64,000 nt of DNA from Sphingobacteriales bacterium. Its GTDB lineage: Bacteria > Bacteroidota > Bacteroidia > UKL13-3. A program made the translations under genes and the position numbers. Of the stretch, positions 51,679 through 62,986 are shown in pieces. The notes under the pieces were generated by a model, which worked only from the letters and a program-made list of their open reading frames with translations, searched no databases and was not told the origin of the DNA. The stretch is taken from the NCBI GenBank assembly GCA_021299635.1, contig JAJTFA010000001.1, forward strand, positions 283,842 through 347,841. Direction: 5' to 3'. Positions within the stretch are counted from its first letter, which is position 1, and each line of letters begins with the position of its first letter.

Positions 51679-52155
51679 TTATTCTGCTGCATTTTCTGTA
51701 GCTGTATTTTCTCCTGCCGCTTCTTTTTTCTTGCGACCAGCCCTTCTGGTTGTTTTTTTAGCAGCACTTTTGCTTCCTTTTTCAGCAAGCATTGCCTCAT
51801 TAAAATCAACCAATTCCATAATTGCCATTTCAGCATTATCACCTTTACGGTTCATTAATTTAAGTATGCGTGTGTATCCTCCCGGACGCTCACCTACTTT
51901 TGGAGCAACTGCTGAAAAAAGTTCTTTTACAGCATCTTTATTCTGAAGATAACTGAAAACAACCCTACGCGAGTTTGTAGAATCTTCTTTGCCTTTGGTA
52001 ATGATAGGCTCAACATATTTTCTTAATTCCTTGGCTTTAGCCAGTGTTGTGGTTATGCGCTTGTGTATGATAAGCGAAGTAGCCATATTAGAAAGCAAAG
52101 CTTTGCGGTGTGATGCTGTTCTGCCTAAATGATTAACTGTTTTTCCGTGTCTCAT
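51679..52155 (-). CDS. rplQ: 50S ribosomal protein L17
   Basis: [25 protein letters not shown].. conserved L17 N-terminus. Confidence 0.95.
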   Translation of the reverse strand: MRHGKTVNHLGRTASHRKALLSNMATSLIIHKRITTTLAKAKELRKYVEPIITKGKEDSTNSRRVVFSYLQNKDAVKELFSAVAPKVGERPGGYTRILKLMNRKGDNAEMAIMELVDFNEAMLAEKGSKSAAKKTTRRAGRKKKEAAGENTATENAAE

Positions 52156-52195
52156 GTCTCTTTGAACTTATTGTATTCCTTGCGTATTGCTGAAA

Positions 52196-53188
52196 TTATT
52201 CTTCGTTTGTCATGTATTTAGCCACATCCATGCCGAAAGTTAATCCTTTATCGCGAACCAACTCTTCAAGTTCTGACAATGATTTTTTACCAAAATTGCG
52301 GAACTTCAGTAAATCACCGATATCATAACTAACCAAATCAGAAAGACTCTTAATATCAGCAGCTTTTAAGCAGTTGTAGGCGCGAACTGATAAGTCAAGG
52401 TCTGAAAGTGGTGTTTTTAATATTTTGCGGATGTGCAATACGTTCTCATCAACCTCCTGAGGAGCTTCTTTAACTTGCGTATCAAGAGTTATCAATTCAT
52501 CAGAGAAAAGCATAAAGTGCTGTATAAGAATTTTAGCAGCTTCTTTCAATGCTTCTTCAGGATGAATTGAACCATCAGTTGTTATTTCAATAGAAAGTTT
52601 TTCGTAGTCGGTTTTTTGCTCAACACGATAATCTTCTACACTATATTTCACGTTTTTAATAGGGGTAAAAATAGCATCCATAGGAATCAATCCAATAGTT
52701 GCATCTTTAGGTTTGTTTTCATCTGCAGGGATGTATCCGCGACCTTTCTCAACTGTTATTTCCAGTTCGAGGTGGGTTTTAGGATCCATGTTGCAAATAA
52801 CCATATCAGGGTTTAATATTTTAAACGTGTTGGTATGCTTAGCAATATCACCTGCAGTAAACTGCTCTTGTCCTTTGATATTGATGAAAATTTTCTCACT
52901 GTCTATACCATCAACAACTCTTTTGAAACGCACTTGTTTTAGATTAAGCACCATTTCAACCACATCTTCAATCACACCTTTGATGGTAGAAAACTCATGC
53001 TCTACTCCGGAAATCTTCAATGAGGTAATAGCATAACCTTCCAAAGAAGAAAGCAGTATTCTGCGTAATGAATTACCTATAGTAACTCCGTATCCTTTTT
53101 CAAGCGGGCGGAATTCAAACTGACCAAAGAAGTCAGTTTCTTTATGCATGATAACCTTGTCCGGTTTTTGAAAAGCAAGAATGGCCAT
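52196..53188 (-). CDS. rpoA: DNA-directed RNA polymerase subunit alpha
   Basis: 330 aa; NTD dimerisation and CTD motifs; position in alpha operon. Confidence 0.95.
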   Translation of the reverse strand: MAILAFQKPDKVIMHKETDFFGQFEFRPLEKGYGVTIGNSLRRILLSSLEGYAITSLKISGVEHEFSTIKGVIEDVVEMVLNLKQVRFKRVVDGIDSEKIFINIKGQEQFTAGDIAKHTNTFKILNPDMVICNMDPKTHLELEITVEKGRGYIPADENKPKDATIGLIPMDAIFTPIKNVKYSVEDYRVEQKTDYEKLSIEITTDGSIHPEEALKEAAKILIQHFMLFSDELITLDTQVKEAPQEVDENVLHIRKILKTPLSDLDLSVRAYNCLKAADIKSLSDLVSYDIGDLLKFRNFGKKSLSELEELVRDKGLTFGMDVAKYMTNEE

Positions 53189-53205
53189 TTACTTTTATTA
53201 TTTAA

Positions 53206-53814
53206 TTATTTAGAATATAATTCAACGATTAACTGTTCTTTAATGTTCTCTGGTATTTGATCCCTTTCAGGGTAAGCAAGGAAGGTTCCTGACATTTCTT
53301 TTTCATCCCAGTTTAACCAATTGTATTTTCTGGCGCCACCATGATTTAAAGAATCAGTGATAGTTTCCAAGCTTTTTGATTTTTCGCGAACACCAATAAC
53401 ATCGCCAGGGCGCAATGCACAAGATGCAATATTAACCACCTTACCATTAACGGTAATGTGGCGATGGCTAACCAATTGGCGAGCCTGATTGCGTGTTTGT
53501 GCAATACCTAGACGATATACGGTATTGTCTAAGCGGGCTTCAAGGAACTTCAATAGGTTTTCACCGGTTGCACCTTTTTTGCGCGCTGCCTCTTCAAATG
53601 TTTTGTAAAACTGACGCTCCAATACACCATAGGTATATTTCGCTTTTTGTTTCTCGTATAACTGAACAGCATATTCAGTTAACTTTGCTCTTTTTCTATT
53701 TAAACCATGTTGGCCTGGGGGATAATTCCTTCTTTCGAGAGCTTTATCCGGTCCGAAGATTGGTTCTTTAAATCTTCTTGCAACTTTGGTTTTAGGTCCT
53801 AAATATCTAGCCAT
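53206..53814 (-). CDS. rpsD: 30S ribosomal protein S4
   Basis: [15 protein letters not shown].. S4 N-terminus, S4 RNA-binding domain. Confidence 0.95.
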   Translation of the reverse strand: MARYLGPKTKVARRFKEPIFGPDKALERRNYPPGQHGLNRKRAKLTEYAVQLYEKQKAKYTYGVLERQFYKTFEEAARKKGATGENLLKFLEARLDNTVYRLGIAQTRNQARQLVSHRHITVNGKVVNIASCALRPGDVIGVREKSKSLETITDSLNHGGARKYNWLNWDEKEMSGTFLAYPERDQIPENIKEQLIVELYSK

Positions 53815-53842
53815 TGTATTATTTTATCGAAATGGATGAAAA

Positions 53843-54238
53843 TTAAACTCTTCTTGATTTTGGTGGGCGACAACCATTGTGAGGCAGCGGTGTAATATCA
53901 CGGATAGAAGTAACTTCTAACCCTGAAGCAGCCAATGTACGAATGGCAGAGTCTCTTCCTGAACCAGGACCTTTAACAAACACCTCAACTTTTTTCAAAC
54001 CCAATTCTACGGCAACTTTAGCGCAGTCTGCAGCAGCTGTTTGGGCAGCATAAGGTGTATTTTTCTTTGACCCTCTGAATCCCATTTTACCGGAAGAAGC
54101 CCAAGAAATAACCTGGCCTTGACTATTGGTAATAGAGATGATGATATTGTTAAATGATGCTTTAATGTGTACTTGACCGTTTGCGTCAATTGCCACATTT
54201 TTCTTTTTAGCAGCTTTTTTATTGGTATTAGTAGCCAT
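53843..54238 (-). CDS. rpsK: 30S ribosomal protein S11
   Basis: 131 aa; conserved S11 C-terminal [10 protein letters not shown]. Confidence 0.95.
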   Translation of the reverse strand: MATNTNKKAAKKKNVAIDANGQVHIKASFNNIIISITNSQGQVISWASSGKMGFRGSKKNTPYAAQTAAADCAKVAVELGLKKVEVFVKGPGSGRDSAIRTLAASGLEVTSIRDITPLPHNGCRPPKSRRV

Positions 54239-54258
54239 TCTCTGTATTTATTTAATGA

Positions 54259-54636
54259 TTACTTGGTAACTTTTTTCTTACCTGCAACTGTTTTACGTTT
54301 ACCTTTACGGGTGCGAGAGTTGGTACGAGTACGCTGACCACGAACTGGCAAACCTTTGCGATGGCGCAGTCCACGGTAGCATCCGATATCCATCAAACGC
54401 TTAATGTTTAATTGTCTTTCAGAGCGAAGTTCTCCTTCAACAGTTAAATCTTCGGTAATGAATTTTCTGATTTTGTTCAGTTCATCATCGTTCCATTCCG
54501 AAACTTTTTTACTCCAGTCAATTCCGCAAGCAGTTAAAATATGCTGGGCGGTTGATCTGCCTATTCCAAAAATGTAGGTGAGACCTATCTCACCGCGTTT
54601 ATTTTTTGGTAAATCTATACCTGATATACGAGCCAT
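54259..54636 (-). CDS. rpsM: 30S ribosomal protein S13
   Basis: [26 protein letters not shown]. Confidence 0.95.
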   Translation of the reverse strand: MARISGIDLPKNKRGEIGLTYIFGIGRSTAQHILTACGIDWSKKVSEWNDDELNKIRKFITEDLTVEGELRSERQLNIKRLMDIGCYRGLRHRKGLPVRGQRTRTNSRTRKGKRKTVAGKKKVTK

Positions 54637-54645
54637 AGTTTTTAA

Positions 54646-54762
54646 TTATCCTTGACGTTGTTTAAACTTAGGGTTCTTCTTGTTAATAACGTATACTCTA
54701 CCGTTACGCTTAACGATTTTGCAGTCCTCACTGCGTTTTTTTACCGATGCTCTAACTTTCAT
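54646..54762 (-). CDS. rpmJ: 50S ribosomal protein L36 (38 aa; not in ORF track because <60 aa)
   Basis: Manual translation [38 protein letters not shown] with C-x2-C..C-x-H zinc ribbon spacing. Confidence 0.9.
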   Translation of the reverse strand: MKVRASVKKRSEDCKIVKRNGRVYVINKKNPKFKQRQG

Positions 54763-54763
54763 C

Positions 54764-54982
54764 TTATTTGTATCTGTAAATTATTCTACCTTTTGATAAG
54801 TCATAAGGTGACATCTCTACTGAAATCTTATCTCCGGGAAGGATTTTGATATAGTTCATTCTCATTTTTCCTGAGATATGAGCTATAATTTCGTGCCCGT
54901 TTTCAAGACGAACCCTAAACATGGCATTGGATAATGCCTCTGTTATAACTCCATCTTGTTTGATAAGCGCTTGTTTCGACAT
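54764..54982 (-). CDS. infA: Translation initiation factor IF-1 (start at [11 protein letters not shown]; ORF extends to 55054 overlapping secY)
   Basis: 72 aa S1-like OB fold sequence [31 protein letters not shown]. Confidence 0.93.
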   Translation of the reverse strand: MSKQALIKQDGVITEALSNAMFRVRLENGHEIIAHISGKMRMNYIKILPGDKISVEMSPYDLSKGRIIYRYK

Positions 54983-55037
54983 ACCTTTTTTTATAAGGGT
55001 TGCAAAGATAATTGCTTTTTTATATTTGCCAATTATT

Positions 55038-56396
55038 TTATGCCGCCCCCACAACTGTTCTGCCCTTTATGCGGCCTGATTTCATCAAACCATCATAATG
55101 GCGCATAAGCAGATGACTTTCTATCTGTTGTAATGTATCCAACACCACACCAACAAGAATCAGCAAGGATGTGCCACCATAAAACTGGGCAAACTGGCTG
55201 TTAATGTTTAAAATACCTGCAAGTGAAGGAAGGATAGCAACAACTGCCAGAAATATTGCTCCCGGCAAGGTGATGCGTGACATTACATTATCAATGAAAT
55301 TTGCTGTTGCTTTACCGGGCTTTACTCCAGGTATAAACCCGCCATTTCGCTTCATATCATCAGCAATTTGGTTAGGATTTACGGCAATAGCAGTATAAAA
55401 ATATGTAAATACGATAATTAGCAAGGCAAACGTCATGTTATAACCGAATGAAGCCGGATTAATAAAAGTAGCCATTATGCCCTGCATAGTTTCATAATTA
55501 GGAAAAAACTGAGCGATTGTTGACGGTATAAACATAAGTGCCTGAGCAAAGATGATAGGCATTACACCAGCTGCATTTACTTTAAGCGGAATATACTGAC
55601 GAACCCCTCCGTACTGACGGTTTCCTACAATGCGTTTGGCATATTGTACAGGGATTTTACGAGTACCTTGTACCAGCATAATAACACCCATTATTACGGC
55701 AAACAAGGCTGCGAGCTCAACCAAGAAGATAACTAAACCACCACCTGATTCAGATAATTTGAAATTAAATTCATCTTTCAGGGCGAAGGGTAGGCGGGCT
55801 ATAATTCCTATCATGATAATGAGGGAAACACCGTTGCCAATTCCTTTATCTGTAATTCTCTCACCTAACCATAAAACAAACATGGTGCTTGCAGTGAGAA
55901 TGATTATAGAGGTAAGCATAAAGAAGAAATCACTTACCAATTCAGGATGTGTATTTGATATGATTGCTGCAGCATTTTCTGATTTTAGGTTTATAAGAAA
56001 CCCTACAGACTGAACTGCTGTAATAGCAATCGTTAAATAGCGTGTAATTTGGTTAATTTTTCTTCTGCCATCTTCACCCTCTTTTTGCATCTTCTGAAAC
56101 GAAGGTACAGCCATAGTAAGCAATTGCACAACGATAGATGCAGAAATGTAAGGCATGATGCCTAAGGCAAAAATAGAGCCTCTGGCAAACGCTCCACCTG
56201 CAAACATGTTAATTAACCCAAAGATACCTCCTGAGGCTTGTTTAGCCGATCCCTCAAGCATGTTTGGATCTACACCCGGTAAGGTAACATAAGTCCCAAC
56301 GCGGTAAATCAAAAGCATCCAAAAGGTTATCGCCAATTTATAACGAAGGTCCTCTATTCTGTAAATATTCTTTATGGTTTCAATGATTTTCTTCAT
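55038..56396 (-). CDS. secY: Preprotein translocase subunit SecY
   Basis: 452 aa, 10 TM, conserved SecY motifs. Confidence 0.95.
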   Translation of the reverse strand: MKKIIETIKNIYRIEDLRYKLAITFWMLLIYRVGTYVTLPGVDPNMLEGSAKQASGGIFGLINMFAGGAFARGSIFALGIMPYISASIVVQLLTMAVPSFQKMQKEGEDGRRKINQITRYLTIAITAVQSVGFLINLKSENAAAIISNTHPELVSDFFFMLTSIIILTASTMFVLWLGERITDKGIGNGVSLIIMIGIIARLPFALKDEFNFKLSESGGGLVIFLVELAALFAVIMGVIMLVQGTRKIPVQYAKRIVGNRQYGGVRQYIPLKVNAAGVMPIIFAQALMFIPSTIAQFFPNYETMQGIMATFINPASFGYNMTFALLIIVFTYFYTAIAVNPNQIADDMKRNGGFIPGVKPGKATANFIDNVMSRITLPGAIFLAVVAILPSLAGILNINSQFAQFYGGTSLLILVGVVLDTLQQIESHLLMRHYDGLMKSGRIKGRTVVGAA

Positions 56397-56399
56397 GCG

Positions 56400-56849
56400 T
56401 TATATTTTAACGGCTGAACCACCTACGGCCTCAATATTTTTAATTGCTGTTGCTGAAAATGCGTGTGCTTTTATTTCAACTGCGGCTTTAATCTCGCCTC
56501 TGCCAAGTACTTTCACCAAATCTTTTTTAGAAACCAAACCATTATTGATTAAAGTTTCGATATCAATGGTTTTTAAGCCTTTGGCTTCTGCCAGTTTTTG
56601 AAGGGTATCCAGATTAATCGGGGTATATTCCACACGGCTTATATTTTTAAAGCCGAACTTAGGAATACGTCTGTATAATGGCATCTGACCACCTTCAAAA
56701 CCTCTTTTGGTTGAAGTACCTGAACGTGAGCCTGCACCTTTATGTCCACGTGCAGCAGTTCCGCCTTTACCACTTCCTTCACCGCGTCCTATGCGTTTTC
56801 CTTGCCTTTGTGTTGCACCTGCTGCAGGTTTTAATGAATGTAATTTCAT
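56400..56849 (-). CDS. rplO: 50S ribosomal protein L15
   Basis: MKLHSLKPAAGATQRQGKRIGRGEGSGKGGTAARGHKG. Confidence 0.95.
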   Translation of the reverse strand: MKLHSLKPAAGATQRQGKRIGRGEGSGKGGTAARGHKGAGSRSGTSTKRGFEGGQMPLYRRIPKFGFKNISRVEYTPINLDTLQKLAEAKGLKTIDIETLINNGLVSKKDLVKVLGRGEIKAAVEIKAHAFSATAIKNIEAVGGSAVKI

Positions 56850-56871
56850 GACTTGTTTACGCTATTAATAA

Positions 56872-57051
56872 TTAAACGTTTTCAACTTTTAATAAATGAG
56901 CAACCTGATTAATCATGCCCATTATCTGAGGAGTTGCTTCCTTCTCAATGGTTTGGTTAAGTTTGGTAAAGCCCAGAGCTCTGATGGTTCTTTTTTGAGT
57001 CTCAGGACGATCTATAATGCTCTTAACCTGTGTTATTTTAACTTTAGCCAT
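56872..57051 (-). CDS. rpmD: 50S ribosomal protein L30 (59 aa; manually found)
   Basis: Manual translation MAKVKITQVKSIIDRPETQKRTIRALGFTKLNQTIEKEATPQIMGMINQVAHLLKVENV. Confidence 0.9.
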   Translation of the reverse strand: MAKVKITQVKSIIDRPETQKRTIRALGFTKLNQTIEKEATPQIMGMINQVAHLLKVENV

Positions 57052-57052
57052 C

Positions 57053-57574
57053 TTATTGTCCGTTAAATACTTTCTTTAATCCGATACCTCTATGTTGTGA
57101 AATGGTGTACGCATCACGCATACTCAATAATGCATTGATAGTAGCTTTAACCACATTGTGCGGGTTTGATGACCCCTTTGATTTAGCCAATACATCAGTG
57201 ATACCGGCACTTTCCAGAACGGCACGCATCGCACCACCTGCTATTACACCTGTACCATGAGCCGCAGGCTTAAGAAAAACGCGACCACCGCAGAATTTAC
57301 CGCTTTGATCATGCGGTACAGTGCCTTTAAGTACCGGAACCTTCACCAAGTTTTTCTTTGCATCATCAATACCTTTCGTGATGGCATCTGTAACTTCATT
57401 GGCTTTTCCAAGTCCGTATCCCACAATGCCATGTCCATCACCAACCACAACCAGTGCAGAGAAACTGAAGGTTCTTCCGCCCTTGGTTACTTTGGCAACA
57501 CGATTGATGGCAACCACTCTTTCTTTGAGTTCGATATCGCTTGATTTTACTCTTTTTACGTTTGCTGTAGACAT
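57053..57574 (-). CDS. rpsE: 30S ribosomal protein S5
   Basis: 173 aa; S5 dsRBD and C-terminal domains. Confidence 0.95.
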   Translation of the reverse strand: MSTANVKRVKSSDIELKERVVAINRVAKVTKGGRTFSFSALVVVGDGHGIVGYGLGKANEVTDAITKGIDDAKKNLVKVPVLKGTVPHDQSGKFCGGRVFLKPAAHGTGVIAGGAMRAVLESAGITDVLAKSKGSSNPHNVVKATINALLSMRDAYTISQHRGIGLKKVFNGQ

Positions 57575-57603
57575 ATCTTATTTTTTGTTCAGCTGTTGCT
57601 TAA

Positions 57604-57954
57604 TTAGAATTTTAAACCTCCTTCACGTGCAGCCTCTGCAAGGCTTTTCACACGACCATGATACAAGTATCCGTTACGGTCGAATGAACAGGTAATTATT
57701 CCTGCTTTCAAGGCCTTTTCAGCCAAATCTTTACCTACCAGAGCCGATTTTTCGGTTTTGTTGGTTTTATCGGTTAATTTTTTTGATGAAGATGCTGCAA
57801 TAGTTTTTCCATGCACATCATCAATTAACTGAGCATATATTTCCTTGTTACTGCGAAATACAGATAAACGAGGCTTCTCAGGGGTTCCGAAAACCCTGCT
57901 GCGTATTTTTGCTTTAATTTTTGTTCTTCTTGCAATTTTTCTAAGTACTGCCAT
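57604..57954 (-). CDS. rplR: 50S ribosomal protein L18
   Basis: 116 aa; position and conserved C-terminal GYLYHGRV-like motif. Confidence 0.93.
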   Translation of the reverse strand: MAVLRKIARRTKIKAKIRSRVFGTPEKPRLSVFRSNKEIYAQLIDDVHGKTIAASSSKKLTDKTNKTEKSALVGKDLAEKALKAGIITCSFDRNGYLYHGRVKSLAEAAREGGLKF

Positions 57955-57966
57955 AGTTGTTTACTT

Positions 57967-58521
57967 TTATTTAGCAGCTGTTTTACCAGCTTTACGTCTG
58001 AGAGCTTCTCCAACAAATTTGATACCTTTACCTTTGTATGGCTCGGGTTTACGTAAACCGCGTATTTTGGCGGCAACCTGTCCGATGAGTTGTTTATCGC
58101 AACCTTCAAGGGTAATAATTGGGTTTTTACCTTTTTCCTGCTCGGTTTTTACTTTTAATTCTTTTGGTATTTCAAAATAAATATGGTGAGAATAACCAAG
58201 TGTTAAATCAAGAACATTGCCATCATTTGCTGCTTTGTAACCTACACCAACCAATTCCTGTTTAACAGTATAGCCATTGGTAACACCAAATACCATGTTG
58301 TTTAATAACGCACGGTAAAGGCCGTGTAAGGCTTTGTGTCTTTTCTGATCGGTAGGGCGGGAGATATTAATCTCTTCGTTTTCAATATTAATTTTGATAT
58401 CAGGATTAATCTGCTGCTGCAATTCTCCTTTAGGACCTTTAACAGTAACCAGATTACTTGGTGAAACTTTTACTTCAACGCCTTTTGGCAATTTTATGGG
58501 TGCTTTTCCTATACGTGACAT
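57967..58521 (-). CDS. rplF: 50S ribosomal protein L6
   Basis: MSRIGKAPIKLPKGVEVKV. Confidence 0.95.
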   Translation of the reverse strand: MSRIGKAPIKLPKGVEVKVSPSNLVTVKGPKGELQQQINPDIKINIENEEINISRPTDQKRHKALHGLYRALLNNMVFGVTNGYTVKQELVGVGYKAANDGNVLDLTLGYSHHIYFEIPKELKVKTEQEKGKNPIITLEGCDKQLIGQVAAKIRGLRKPEPYKGKGIKFVGEALRRKAGKTAAK

Positions 58522-58542
58522 GTTTTTACCTCCTTCAGAATA

Positions 58543-58941
58543 TTAATAAACATAACATAAAACTTCTCCACCAACATTCAGTTTGCGGGCTTCCTTATCT
58601 GTCATTACACCTTTAGAGGTAGTAAGTATGGCAACACCAAGACCATTGATAACACGCGGCATAGTTGATACACCTGAATACATACGTAAACCGGGTGTAC
58701 TGATTCTTTCCAGGTATTTAATAGCCGGTGCCTTGGTTACAGGGTGATACTTCAAGGCAATTTTAATTGTGCCCTGATGGTTTTGAACATCATCGAACTT
58801 ATAGTTCAGGATGTAACCTTTTTCAAATAGAACTTTGGTAATCTCCTTCTTTAGTTTTGATGAAGGGATTTCAACAATGCGATGGTTTGCCTTGATCGCG
58901 TTGCGTAACCTTGTCAGATAATCTGCAATAGGATCTGTCAT
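58543..58941 (-). CDS. rpsH: 30S ribosomal protein S8
   Basis: MTDPIADYLTRLRNA. Confidence 0.95.
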   Translation of the reverse strand: MTDPIADYLTRLRNAIKANHRIVEIPSSKLKKEITKVLFEKGYILNYKFDDVQNHQGTIKIALKYHPVTKAPAIKYLERISTPGLRMYSGVSTMPRVINGLGVAILTTSKGVMTDKEARKLNVGGEVLCYVY

Positions 58942-59081
58942 AATTATTTTTTTGTACTTGCCGGCAGTAAGCCAAGGCTTTTACTCTTACCGGCTAAGTG
59001 GTTTTAAAATTTGAAACGAGGCGCGAATATACGGGAGTTATTTTAAAATCCTGTATCTCCGAGCAATATTTTTTGTTTGTC

Positions 59082-59351
59082 TTACCAGCTTGATTTGGTA
59101 ATTCCCGGTATCTTGCCCATGTTAGCCAGTTCGCGGAACTGGTTACGGCAGATGCCAAAATCGCGCATGTAACCTTTAGGACGACCTGTAAGTTTGCATC
59201 GATTTTTTAGGCGTACGGGTGAAGCATTGCGAGGCAATTTTTGAATTGCATCCCAATCTCCAGCAGCTTTTAATGCTTCGCGTTTTGCAGCATAGCGGGC
59301 TACCAATTTCTCTCTTTTAAGCTGGCGAGCTTTTACCGATTCTTTTGCCAT
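59082..59351 (-). CDS. rpsN: 30S ribosomal protein S14
   Basis: 89 aa; [18 protein letters not shown]-terminal [17 protein letters not shown]. Confidence 0.93.
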   Translation of the reverse strand: MAKESVKARQLKREKLVARYAAKREALKAAGDWDAIQKLPRNASPVRLKNRCKLTGRPKGYMRDFGICRNQFRELANMGKIPGITKSSW

Positions 59352-59353
59352 GT

Positions 59354-59908
59354 TTATTTATTCTGGTTTTTAAATGGTAATCCAAATTCCTTTAATAACG
59401 ACAAGCACTCTTCATCTGTTTGTGCGGTGGTTACAAAAGTTATATCCATACCGTTAATACGGTTTACTTTATCAATCACAATTTCAGGGAAAATTATTTG
59501 TTCTGTTACACCCATGGAATAGTTACCACGGCCGTCAAAACCTTTTTCGTTTAATCCGGCAAAATCGCGCACACGAGGAAGTGATATGGCTACCAAACGA
59601 TCTAGAAATTCATACATTCTATCGCCACGCAGTGTAACACGCGCACCAATAGGAAGGTTCTCTCTTAATTTAAAGTTAGAGATAGCTTTCTTTGATTTTG
59701 TGGCAACTGCTTTTTGGCCAGCAATAATGCTCATTTCTTCTACAGCCTGATCAACCAGTTTCTTATCGGCAACCGCAGCACCCACACCTTGGTTGATGCA
59801 TATTTTGGTAAGCTTAGGTACCTGCATCATGTTTCTGTAACCGAACTTTTCTTTTAAAGCCGGAATAACATCTTTGCTGTATTTTTCTTTTAACCTTGGA
59901 GTATACAT
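59354..59908 (-). CDS. rplE: 50S ribosomal protein L5
   Basis: 184 aa; conserved L5 core. Confidence 0.95.
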   Translation of the reverse strand: MYTPRLKEKYSKDVIPALKEKFGYRNMMQVPKLTKICINQGVGAAVADKKLVDQAVEEMSIIAGQKAVATKSKKAISNFKLRENLPIGARVTLRGDRMYEFLDRLVAISLPRVRDFAGLNEKGFDGRGNYSMGVTEQIIFPEIVIDKVNRINGMDITFVTTAQTDEECLSLLKEFGLPFKNQNK

Positions 59909-59913
59909 ATCTA

Positions 59914-60252
59914 TTATTCAATTACTTCACCTGATTTTTTTGAATAGCGAACCAACTTGCCTGCATCATTAAGTTTGCGGCCTATTCGGGTTGCATTCCC
60001 TGTTTTATCAACCACTTTAAGATTGGATATATTTACAGGAGCTTCTTTTTTAATAATTCCGCCTTGCTGGTTTTGCGCATTTGGTTTGGTATGGCGGCTT
60101 ACTATGTTTATACCTTCAATTAATGCGCGGTTTTGGGCATTCATCACCTCGATTACACGGCCTTTTTTGCCTTTGTCATCTCCGGCAATTACCATTACCA
60201 TATCTCCTTTTTTAATGTGGAGTTTTGCTTGTGTGTTATATTTCCTTGCCAT
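59914..60252 (-). CDS. rplX: 50S ribosomal protein L24
   Basis: KOW motif [20 protein letters not shown]. Confidence 0.93.
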   Translation of the reverse strand: MARKYNTQAKLHIKKGDMVMVIAGDDKGKKGRVIEVMNAQNRALIEGINIVSRHTKPNAQNQQGGIIKKEAPVNISNLKVVDKTGNATRIGRKLNDAGKLVRYSKKSGEVIE

Positions 60253-60253
60253 T

Positions 60254-60622
60254 TTATAGTACCTCCGGTGCTAATGATACGATTTTCATAAATTGTTTTT
60301 CCCTCAGTTCGCGAGCCACCGGACCGAAAATACGGGTTGCTCTAGGCTCGTCCTGTGCATTTAGCAATACGCATGAGTTATCATCAAAGCGGATATATGA
60401 ACCATCTGCTCTGCGAATTTCTTTCTTAGTGCGCACCACCACTGCCTTAGAAACTGCTCCTTTTTTAACACCACCTGAAGGTATGGCTGATTTTACCGAC
60501 ACCACAATTTTATCGCCTACAGAGGCGTAGCGTCTGCCTGTACCTCCAAGCACTCTGATACAAAGTACTTCTTTTGCACCGCTGTTGTCAGCTACTTTTA
60601 GTCTTGATTCTTGCTGTATCAT
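60254..60622 (-). CDS. rplN: 50S ribosomal protein L14
   Basis: [27 protein letters not shown]. Confidence 0.96.
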   Translation of the reverse strand: MIQQESRLKVADNSGAKEVLCIRVLGGTGRRYASVGDKIVVSVKSAIPSGGVKKGAVSKAVVVRTKKEIRRADGSYIRFDDNSCVLLNAQDEPRATRIFGPVARELREKQFMKIVSLAPEVL

Positions 60623-60624
60623 GA

Positions 60625-60894
60625 TTACTTAGCTTTTTCAATTATTTCAACTAATCTCCATCTTTTATCCTTGCTCAACGGACGAGTTTCCATGAGTTTA
60701 ACCACATCATTGATGCTACACTCATTTTTCTCATCATGAGCCTTAAATTTCGAGGTCATTTTGATGAACTTACCATATTTTGGATGCATTACTTTACGTT
60801 CAACTGCAACCACTATGGTTTTTTGCATTTTATTGCTCACCACTTTTCCAATGATGACCTTGCGCGAATTTCTTATTTCTGCTGTTGTTTCCAT
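60625..60894 (-). CDS. rpsQ: 30S ribosomal protein S17
   Basis: 89 aa OB-fold, [18 protein letters not shown]. Confidence 0.93.
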   Translation of the reverse strand: METTAEIRNSRKVIIGKVVSNKMQKTIVVAVERKVMHPKYGKFIKMTSKFKAHDEKNECSINDVVKLMETRPLSKDKRWRLVEIIEKAK

Positions 60895-60903
60895 TGTTTA
60901 ATA

Positions 60904-61104
60904 TTATTGGGCATTCGCTAATTGCCTCTTTTTCTGCTCAGTTAGCAGGCGTGCAATTGTTTTTTTGTTTTCTTTGAGTCTGTTCGGATTATCAAGCGGT
61001 GATACTGCATGAGTAAAGTTAAGCTTGGTTAAAGCCACTTTTTCTTCTTTAATGCGTACGGCTAATTCTTTATCCGACAATTCTCTGATTTCTGCGTTCT
61101 TCAT
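60904..61104 (-). CDS. rpmC: 50S ribosomal protein L29
   Basis: 66 aa; position between rplP and rpsQ, helical L29 pattern. Confidence 0.9.
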   Translation of the reverse strand: MKNAEIRELSDKELAVRIKEEKVALTKLNFTHAVSPLDNPNRLKENKKTIARLLTEQKKRQLANAQ

Positions 61105-61105
61105 A

Positions 61106-61525
61106 TTATTCAGTATAATCAGGTTTTACCACAAATTTTGTTGTTACCGGTAGTTTTTGAGCTGCCAGTCGCATAGCTTCTTTAGCTACTGCCATAGGTA
61201 CACCATCTATTTCAAACATGATGGTTCCGGGTTTGATTGGGGCTACCCAAAATTCTGGCGCACCTTTACCTTTACCCATACGTACCTCTGCGGGTTTGCG
61301 TGTCATTGGTTTATCAGGGAATATTCTAATCCACACCTGACCTTCCCGTTTCATAAAACGGGTTAGGGCCACACGTGCAGCTTCAAGCTGTTTAGAAGTA
61401 ATGTGGTTTGGTTCCATTGACTTAAGGCCAAATGAACCAAAGTCAAGGCTGTATCCGCGGGTAGCATTACCTCTGTTTCGGCCTTTTTGCTGCTTTCTGT
61501 ATTTTGTTCTTTTAGGCTGTAACAT
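61106..61525 (-). CDS. rplP: 50S ribosomal protein L16
   Basis: [16 protein letters not shown]. Confidence 0.96.
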   Translation of the reverse strand: MLQPKRTKYRKQQKGRNRGNATRGYSLDFGSFGLKSMEPNHITSKQLEAARVALTRFMKREGQVWIRIFPDKPMTRKPAEVRMGKGKGAPEFWVAPIKPGTIMFEIDGVPMAVAKEAMRLAAQKLPVTTKFVVKPDYTE

Positions 61526-61552
61526 TTCCTAAAACTATTATCTGGTTAATAA

Positions 61553-62311
61553 TTATTTTTTCTTTCTTCTTTTATCGCCACCACGTGGAGCTCTGTCGCC
61601 TCTGTCACCTCTTTCAGGGCGATCTCCGCCACGTTGTCCGCCACGTTCGCTGTTTGAGAGTCCAATGTTAGGAGAGAGGTCTCTCTTACCATATACTTCG
61701 CCACGGCAAATCCACACTTTGATACCAATTTTTCCGTACACGGTTAATGCTTCAGCAATGGTATAATCAATATCTGCTCTTAGCGTATGCAAAGGTGTGC
61801 GGCCTTCTTTGTAAGTTTCGGTACGTGCCATTTCTGATCCTGCCAAACGGCCTGAAACAGTAATCTTGATACCTTCAGCACCCATTCTCATGGTGGAGGC
61901 AATTGCGGTTTTAAGAGCACGTTTGTATGAAACACGACCTTCAATTTGGCTTGCAATGGTTTCACCAACCAAAGCTGCATCTAGTTCAGGACGTTTAATT
62001 TCAAAAATATTGATTTGAACATCCTTCTTGGTAAGCTTCTTAATTTCTTCCTTTATCTTGTCAACCTCAGCTCCTCCTTTACCTATAACAATACCCGGAC
62101 GGGAAGTGTGTATAGTAATGATGACGCGTTTAATGGTACGCTCAATAATAATGCGTGCTATACCACCTTTGCTGATACGGGCGTGCAAATACTTTCTGAT
62201 TTTCTCATCTTCAATGAGCTTTTCAGCGAAGTTATTTCCTCCGTACCAATTGCTTTCCCAGCCACGAATGATACCAAGTCTTAATCCTATCGGGTTTACT
62301 TTTTGTCCCAT
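61553..62311 (-). CDS. rpsC: 30S ribosomal protein S3 (with RGD/RGG-rich basic C-terminal extension)
   Basis: [14 protein letters not shown].. KH domain; C-terminal tail [30 protein letters not shown]. Confidence 0.95.
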   Translation of the reverse strand: MGQKVNPIGLRLGIIRGWESNWYGGNNFAEKLIEDEKIRKYLHARISKGGIARIIIERTIKRVIITIHTSRPGIVIGKGGAEVDKIKEEIKKLTKKDVQINIFEIKRPELDAALVGETIASQIEGRVSYKRALKTAIASTMRMGAEGIKITVSGRLAGSEMARTETYKEGRTPLHTLRADIDYTIAEALTVYGKIGIKVWICRGEVYGKRDLSPNIGLSNSERGGQRGGDRPERGDRGDRAPRGGDKRRKKK

Positions 62312-62324
62312 TATCTTATGTTTT

Positions 62325-62708
62325 TTATTCCTGGTTAGTTGTTTCTGTTGCTACTGTGTTGGCTACTTTGCTATCAACAATCATGGTTACGTGGTTAGAG
62401 CGTTTTCTTACCCTGTAAGCCCTGCCTTGAGGTGCTGGTAAAACTCTTTTTTGCATGGCACCGCCATCAACAAAAATAGTTTTTACATACAGTTGTGCAT
62501 CTTCTACACGTGAGCCTTCATTTTTTTGTTCCCAATTGGCAATGGCCGAGCGGAGTAATTTTTCCAATCTGGCAGCATATTCCTGTTTGTTGTTAAAACG
62601 CAGGATACCAAATGCTTCTTCAACTCGTTTACCGCGAATCAAATCTACCACCAGGCGCATCTTGCGCGGAGAGGTAGGGCAATTATTCAATTTTGCTACT
62701 GCTTCCAT
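62325..62708 (-). CDS. rplV: 50S ribosomal protein L22
   Basis: 127 aa; [26 protein letters not shown]. Confidence 0.94.
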   Translation of the reverse strand: MEAVAKLNNCPTSPRKMRLVVDLIRGKRVEEAFGILRFNNKQEYAARLEKLLRSAIANWEQKNEGSRVEDAQLYVKTIFVDGGAMQKRVLPAPQGRAYRVRKRSNHVTMIVDSKVANTVATETTNQE

Positions 62709-62710
62709 GC

Positions 62711-62977
62711 TTAGTCTTTCTTAATTGGGTGAGTTTTGAATGTGCGGGTAGGAGCAAATTCACCGAATTTATGACCTACCATATTCTCGGTAACATATAC
62801 CGGAATAAATTTATTTCCGTTATGAACCGCAAAAGTATGACCAACCATATCAGGAATGATCATAGATCTGCGTGACCATGTTTTAATCACAGATTTCTTT
62901 TTGTTTTCGTTCATGGCGCCAACTTTCTTAGAAAGCTTTACGTCAACGAAGGGTCCTTTTTTTAGTGAGCGAGTCAT
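62711..62977 (-). CDS. rpsS: 30S ribosomal protein S19
   Basis: [12 protein letters not shown].. Confidence 0.96.
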   Translation of the reverse strand: MTRSLKKGPFVDVKLSKKVGAMNENKKKSVIKTWSRRSMIIPDMVGHTFAVHNGNKFIPVYVTENMVGHKFGEFAPTRTFKTHPIKKD

Positions 62978-62986
62978 ATTCCTTTA

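Noticed and set aside
57257-57695. Plus-strand ORFs (95 and 124 aa) inside rpsE/rplR, with similar cases at 62015..62441, 59957..60259 and 55630..56013
   Set aside because: They are antisense to highly conserved ribosomal-protein and secY genes. They are typical shadow ORFs from codon-biased coding DNA.
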